This document shows positions 59,613 to 64,000 of a stretch of 64,000 nt of DNA, piece after piece. Location of the stretch: contig CP065002.1 of assembly GCA_016700095.1 (NCBI GenBank), forward strand, positions 780,175-844,174, in the 5' to 3' direction. Source of the stretch: Candidatus Woesebacteria bacterium (GTDB taxonomy: Bacteria; Patescibacteriota; Microgenomatia; UBA8517). Below the pieces are notes generated by a model. That model was not told the DNA's origin and did no database searches. It was given only the letters and a program-made list of their open reading frames with translations. Within the stretch, counting starts at the first letter, position 1; each line of letters opens with the position of its first letter. The position numbers were made by a program, and so were the translations under genes.

Positions 59613-61013
59613 TTACTTTCCCCGCAACACTTCTTTAGCCAACTGATAACTTTTCCCTGCGCCCATTACAATCACAACATCTCCTTTTCGGGCTTTACCA
59701 ATTATATAGTTTTTTATTTCATCAAATGAATCAATCGCGACAGCATTGTTGTGATTACATACTTTCACGATGGATTTATTACTTACACCAAAAGTTTTAG
59801 TGTCACGAGATTTGTATATTGGTGCAACAACCACGATATCGGCATCACTAAAGGCATCCTTGTAAGAAACAAGTAACCTTGCCGTTCGTGAAAAGGTATG
59901 AGGTTCAAAAACACACAGAATTCTTTCTTTTGGGTGTTTTTGCTTTATGGCTGAAAGAGTTGCCTTAACAGCCGTAGGATGATGGGCATAATCATCATAT
60001 ATTTTAATCGATTTTGTTTCACCGATTAATTGCAGTCGTCTTTGGGTACCGGGAAATGTTCTCAGTGTTTTTTCAATCAGTGCATCGGGGATATTATCGT
60101 GTTTGGCAAGACATATTAATCCCAATGCATTGGAGACATTGTGGATCCCATACATATTTAGATTGAAAGTGTGGCTATACTTGGTTTTCTCATTTTTGAC
60201 ACTAAATTTAACCCCCTTGGAATTCATGGATACTATTTTCGCCGTGAATGAATTGGCAAGTTTTACAAGTGGTTTTTCCGATATTGTATAACCCATGATA
60301 TTCAAATTATCTTTTTTCTCTTTGCTTAATGTTTTTACCAACTTGTTTATTCCCTTGGAGTCTTGATTGAGGATAAGTAATTTGTTTCCTTCGAGTTTAT
60401 TTAGTAATTTGCGAAAAGTATTTATGACATGATCTTCGTCTCGAAAATAGTCGGGGTGGTCGTATTCGATATTATTTATAATAAGTGTATCCGGCTTGTA
60501 GTTTAAAAAATTTCCATAAAACTCATCAGCTTCTAATATAAAAATATTGCTTTTTCCATAATGGAAATTAGCTCCCCATGGAGTAAAGTTCGCACCAACA
60601 ATTACCGACGGATCCAGTTTCGCTTTCTCATATAAAAATCCGACAAGTGTCGTAACTGTCGACTTTCCGTGTGTTCCCGAAATACACATCACCCTTTTAT
60701 TTTTAAGCAAATATCTTCCGGTAAACTGCTGCCAAGTTAGCAATGTCTTTTTTCTCCCCGCAAGAACTTCCGGGTGTTTTTTATTTGAAAATAACACTGA
60801 AGGAGAGACCGCAAGTACGTTAGCATTTACAATGTGCCGGGGATCATGGCCGAAACTAACCGGAATACCCATTTTTTTCACTTTCAGTAAATACGGGCTA
60901 TCTGCCAATTCATCACATCCATCTACCTCAAATCCTTGTTTTTTTGCAATAATTGCAGCGGCACTCATTCCACTTCCTCCAATTCCCATAAAATGAATTT
61001 TATTTTTTATCAT
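59613..61013 (-). CDS. murC: UDP-N-acetylmuramate--L-alanine ligase MurC
   Basis: IHFMGIGGSGMSAAAIIA and P-loop ISGTHGKSTVTT. Confidence 0.9.
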   Translation of the reverse strand: MIKNKIHFMGIGGSGMSAAAIIAKKQGFEVDGCDELADSPYLLKVKKMGIPVSFGHDPRHIVNANVLAVSPSVLFSNKKHPEVLAGRKKTLLTWQQFTGRYLLKNKRVMCISGTHGKSTVTTLVGFLYEKAKLDPSVIVGANFTPWGANFHYGKSNIFILEADEFYGNFLNYKPDTLIINNIEYDHPDYFRDEDHVINTFRKLLNKLEGNKLLILNQDSKGINKLVKTLSKEKKDNLNIMGYTISEKPLVKLANSFTAKIVSMNSKGVKFSVKNEKTKYSHTFNLNMYGIHNVSNALGLICLAKHDNIPDALIEKTLRTFPGTQRRLQLIGETKSIKIYDDYAHHPTAVKATLSAIKQKHPKERILCVFEPHTFSRTARLLVSYKDAFSDADIVVVAPIYKSRDTKTFGVSNKSIVKVCNHNNAVAIDSFDEIKNYIIGKARKGDVVIVMGAGKSYQLAKEVLRGK

Positions 61014-61017
61014 GAAG

Positions 61018-62319
61018 TTATCGCTTTGTTTCGGTCAGGACTTCGATTTTAGCACCAAGCTTTTTCAAATTTTCGGCAAAGTAAGGATGGCCGCGATATA
61101 GAGCATCCGCATCGAGAATTAACGTTTCACCATCGGCAACCATACCCGCAATAACAAGAGCAACCACGGCGCGAATAATGTAGGGAGCTTCCAATGTACC
61201 ACCAACTAACTTCTTTCCTCCGACTACTACCACCCGATGTGGATCACACATAATTACTTCTGCTCCCAATTTAATTAATTCGCTCGTCCAAAACAAACCC
61301 GCCTCGTACATCCAATTATGAAAAATCATATATCCATCCGGGGCGATAAGCGCAAGCGGTATCATCATGGGCAATAAATCAACGGGAAACCCGGGCCAAG
61401 GTTGCGCTCGCACGATATTGGTTTTCTTTTTGAAAGAACCTGTAAATTTAATGTGCTGTTTGGCTTCTACAATGGCGGCATTATCTTTAAAAACAATATT
61501 AATATTAAATTTGGAAAACTCATAAGCAATTTGTGAATATAGACTTGGGTCGACGTCGTGCACTTTTATCCGTCCACCCGTCGCGGCACCTAGAGCCAAG
61601 AAAGTAGTAACTTCATTGTGGTCACTTAAAATGCGGTATCTGACACTTGTTAATGTTTTTCCGCCGTGTATTTCGAGAATGTTTGATCCAACCCCGATAA
61701 TTTTGGCACCGGCTTTATTGAGAAAATTGCATAAATCCTGAATTTGCGGTTCACAAGCTGCACCTGTAATTCTGGTTGTGCCCTTTAGGGTAACAGCTAT
61801 CATAACCAAAGTACTTGTAACCGACACTGCCTGCTCAGTCATCCAGATGTTACGTGAACCTGCATTTTTCGCATCCATCACGATTCCTTTACTACTTTCA
61901 GTGACGAGAATACCCAAGTCACGGAAGGCTTTCAGAAATGGTTCAATCGGGCGAATTCCAAGTGTACAACCACCCGGTAAATCGCGCATATCGACTTTTT
62001 TAAATCTCCCCAATAAACCGCCCCACACCAAAGCTGAGCCTTTCATATTTCCGACATCTTCGCTTGTCAATTTACTAAACGTGACGTGTGTATTATCAAT
62101 TGACATCTCTTTTTTATCTTTGTTCCATGAAATTTTACTGCCAAGTTTTTCTAAAATGCTTATCAATTTATAAACATCACTAATATCGGGTATATTCTCT
62201 AAAACCACTTTGGCACGAAAAAGAAGAGTTGAAGGAAGAATGTGAACGGCTGAATTTTTACTTCCGGAGGGAAATATTTCACCTGATAAAACTTGACCAC
62301 CTTGTACTTTGATATCCAT
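61018..62319 (-). CDS. murA: UDP-N-acetylglucosamine 1-carboxyvinyltransferase MurA
   Basis: MDIKVQGGQVLSGEIFPSGSKNSAVHIL is a canonical MurA N-terminus. EPSP-synthase fold repeats. Confidence 0.9.
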   Translation of the reverse strand: MDIKVQGGQVLSGEIFPSGSKNSAVHILPSTLLFRAKVVLENIPDISDVYKLISILEKLGSKISWNKDKKEMSIDNTHVTFSKLTSEDVGNMKGSALVWGGLLGRFKKVDMRDLPGGCTLGIRPIEPFLKAFRDLGILVTESSKGIVMDAKNAGSRNIWMTEQAVSVTSTLVMIAVTLKGTTRITGAACEPQIQDLCNFLNKAGAKIIGVGSNILEIHGGKTLTSVRYRILSDHNEVTTFLALGAATGGRIKVHDVDPSLYSQIAYEFSKFNINIVFKDNAAIVEAKQHIKFTGSFKKKTNIVRAQPWPGFPVDLLPMMIPLALIAPDGYMIFHNWMYEAGLFWTSELIKLGAEVIMCDPHRVVVVGGKKLVGGTLEAPYIIRAVVALVIAGMVADGETLILDADALYRGHPYFAENLKKLGAKIEVLTETKR

Positions 62320-62350
62320 GTGTCGATAGTATTATTGTAACATCTCGTGT

Positions 62351-64000
62351 CTAGTTCGTGGGCTGAATTCCGTAGTATAGGAACAAATCCTTCGCGACCA
62401 TATACCACAATGGCGCCGCTGTTTCGGATGCCCACTGACTTGATTGAGGTTCTTTTAGGGTAATAAGCATGACAAATTTTGGATCGTCATAAGGAGCAAA
62501 ACCGACAAAACTGGCAATTGTTTTTTCTGCATCATAATGCCCCTCTATCGGAATTTGTGCAGTACCCGTTTTTCCGGCGACTTTAAACCCGGAAACATAT
62601 GTCCACTTCGATTCACCTATTCTTGCCGCTTCTACCATCATCGCCGTAATCTCATCTGCTGCTTTTTTGGAAATTACACGTCCAACTTCCTCAACTTTAA
62701 TATCTTCTTGCCATCCTTCTCCCTGTAAGCTTTTTACGACTGTTGGTTTTAATAAAATACCATCATTGGCAATGGCGCTTACGGCATTTACTATCTGTAT
62801 CGGAGTTGTTGCAATTCCTTGTCCAAAACTTGATGTTGCCAAGTCAATTTCACTCCAACGGTTTTTTTCACGAATTGCAGGCGTCACTTCACCCTGAAGA
62901 TCAATTCCTGTTAGTTTACCCATTCCAAACTTCGACAAATAATCATACATTTTGTCCTTCCCCATTTTTTGGGCTACATACACCATCCCCACATTGTCGG
63001 AATGAACTATTACATCCGTCATACTTGAATCTTTGTTATATTCATTGTTCCATGTGTTGATATAATATTTATCAATTTTTATCGGTTTATCGCAAATTTC
63101 ACATTTAGTATCGGGTTTAACTACACCCGAATCTAAACCCGCAGCCATTACTAGTACTTTAAAAATAGACCCCGGTTCAAAAGCGTTCGAAATCGTTGGA
63201 TTTTTAAATAGTTCATTTGACCAAACACTATACGTACTCGGGTCATACGAAGGGAAAGATGCCATGGCGATAACCGCTCCCGTTTTCGGATTCATAATAA
63301 TGCCCGAACCTTCGCTGGCACCGTAAATTTCCAAACCTCTTTTCAACTCACGCTCAAGAGTAATCTGGACAGCTTTGTCGATATTGGTAATTAGATCAAC
63401 TCCTTGTACGGCAAATATTTCTTTCGAGTTACCAATTAAAATCGGTATTCCGCGTGCATCCGACTCTCTTGCTTTGTAACCCGGTTTTCCTGACAATATT
63501 AAATCGTAAAATCCTTCCAGACCGAAGTAGCCAATATCTTCTCCATGATCGTTTTTACCCACAAAACCAAGTAAATGCGCTGAAGACGAACTCTCCGGAT
63601 ACAATCTGATCTCTTGAGGGTCAAAACCAATTCCCTCAATTTCGAGTGCTTCAATCGCCTCTTTCGTGGGTTTTTCAATTTTTTGTTTTAACTGTACCCA
63701 AACGACATCATTGCGGGAAAGTAATGCCGTAAGCCGGACTACTTCATCAAGTAGAATTTGTCTGTCGGAAATATCTTCAACAAAAAATGGAGCCAGTTTA
63801 TCGGCAATCCTTTGCGGATCCTCTTTAATATTGGGGAGTGATGCATAGACAAGCCACGCCTCCTGACGTGTAGCCAAACCGGTAGAGTCGCTTGCCAAAA
63901 TACTACCCCTTGGCGCTTGAACGACCTGACCAATTTCATATTGACCCCGCGCTTTAACCGACAATTCCTTGCCCTCAATTATTTGCCAGTAAAATAAACG
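62351..64000 (-). CDS. ftsI: Penicillin-binding protein (class B transpeptidase; FtsI/PBP2-like), 5' end lies beyond the window
   Basis: Transpeptidase motifs are present, including SxxK-region context, SSN-like region and KTGTAQ. The ORF is open to the window edge (...YWQIIEGKELSVKARGQ). Confidence 0.8.
   Translation of the reverse strand, partial: RLFYWQIIEGKELSVKARGQYEIGQVVQAPRGSILASDSTGLATRQEAWLVYASLPNIKEDPQRIADKLAPFFVEDISDRQILLDEVVRLTALLSRNDVVWVQLKQKIEKPTKEAIEALEIEGIGFDPQEIRLYPESSSSAHLLGFVGKNDHGEDIGYFGLEGFYDLILSGKPGYKARESDARGIPILIGNSKEIFAVQGVDLITNIDKAVQITLERELKRGLEIYGASEGSGIIMNPKTGAVIAMASFPSYDPSTYSVWSNELFKNPTISNAFEPGSIFKVLVMAAGLDSGVVKPDTKCEICDKPIKIDKYYINTWNNEYNKDSSMTDVIVHSDNVGMVYVAQKMGKDKMYDYLSKFGMGKLTGIDLQGEVTPAIREKNRWSEIDLATSSFGQGIATTPIQIVNAVSAIANDGILLKPTVVKSLQGEGWQEDIKVEEVGRVISKKAADEITAMMVEAARIGESKWTYVSGFKVAGKTGTAQIPIEGHYDAEKTIASFVGFAPYDDPKFVMLITLKEPQSSQWASETAAPLWYMVAKDLFLYYGIQPTN

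Noticed and set aside
1-64000. CRISPR array or cas genes
   Set aside because: The short repeats present (R-A, R-B, R-C) are irregularly spaced, kilobases apart and flanked by genes. They are not separated by uniform 30-40-nt spacers. No Cas-like proteins are seen.
1-64000. Alternative genetic code (UGA=Gly, as in Gracilibacteria/Absconditabacteria)
   Set aside because: Long conserved genes (ileS, ftsZ, murA-F, ahcY) are uninterrupted under the standard code, so no recoding is needed.

Overview
AT-rich 64-kb window with small, tightly packed genes, most consistent with a Patescibacteria/CPR-like bacterium using the standard genetic code; the taxonomic placement is inference from gene content only. 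Three zones are visible. (1) Positions 35.7-64 kb are conserved core, all on the minus strand except lepB: lepB, parB, rpmA-rplU, a RodA-like SEDS protein, ileS, then a complete division/cell-wall (dcw) cluster. The dcw cluster runs ftsZ-ftsA-ftsQ-murG-ftsW-mraY-femAB-degT-murF-hydrolase-murI-murD-murE-murB-murC-murA-ftsI and runs off the right edge of the window. Two architectures in it are unusual: MurE fused to a GlmU-type nucleotidyltransferase domain, and MurF with a polytopic membrane N-terminus. (2) Positions 25-35 kb are an envelope and glycan module: a LysM protein, an Ig-repeat surface protein, an O-antigen-ligase-like protein, a GT2 glycosyltransferase, a Wzx-like flippase, a methyltransferase, an AI-2E transporter, DedA, and a Cys-rich secreted protein. 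It is interleaved with tRNA-Gly(CCC), tRNA-Thr(CGT) and tRNA-Val(CAC). (3) Positions 0.4-24.7 kb are an accessory region that ends at tRNA-Asp(GTC). It is punctuated by at least three families of short intergenic repeats that delimit small gene cassettes. It also holds four tandem copies of the tRNA-Asp 3' end (att-like), a 1.47-kb direct duplication, and a four-member family of small coiled-coil genes. Each small gene has a conserved promoter and sits head-to-head with a different cargo gene: an ANT(2'')-like nucleotidyltransferase, a C39-like peptidase, a second nucleotidyltransferase-fold protein, and a secreted protein. Other cargo includes a TasA/camelysin-like protein, a membrane-anchored Mrr-type nuclease domain, adenosylhomocysteinase, an LD-carboxypeptidase, and methyltransferases. 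No integrase, transposase, CRISPR array or reverse transcriptase is visible. Many genes in the region appear leaderless, with a -10 hexamer placed exactly 6 nt before the start codon.
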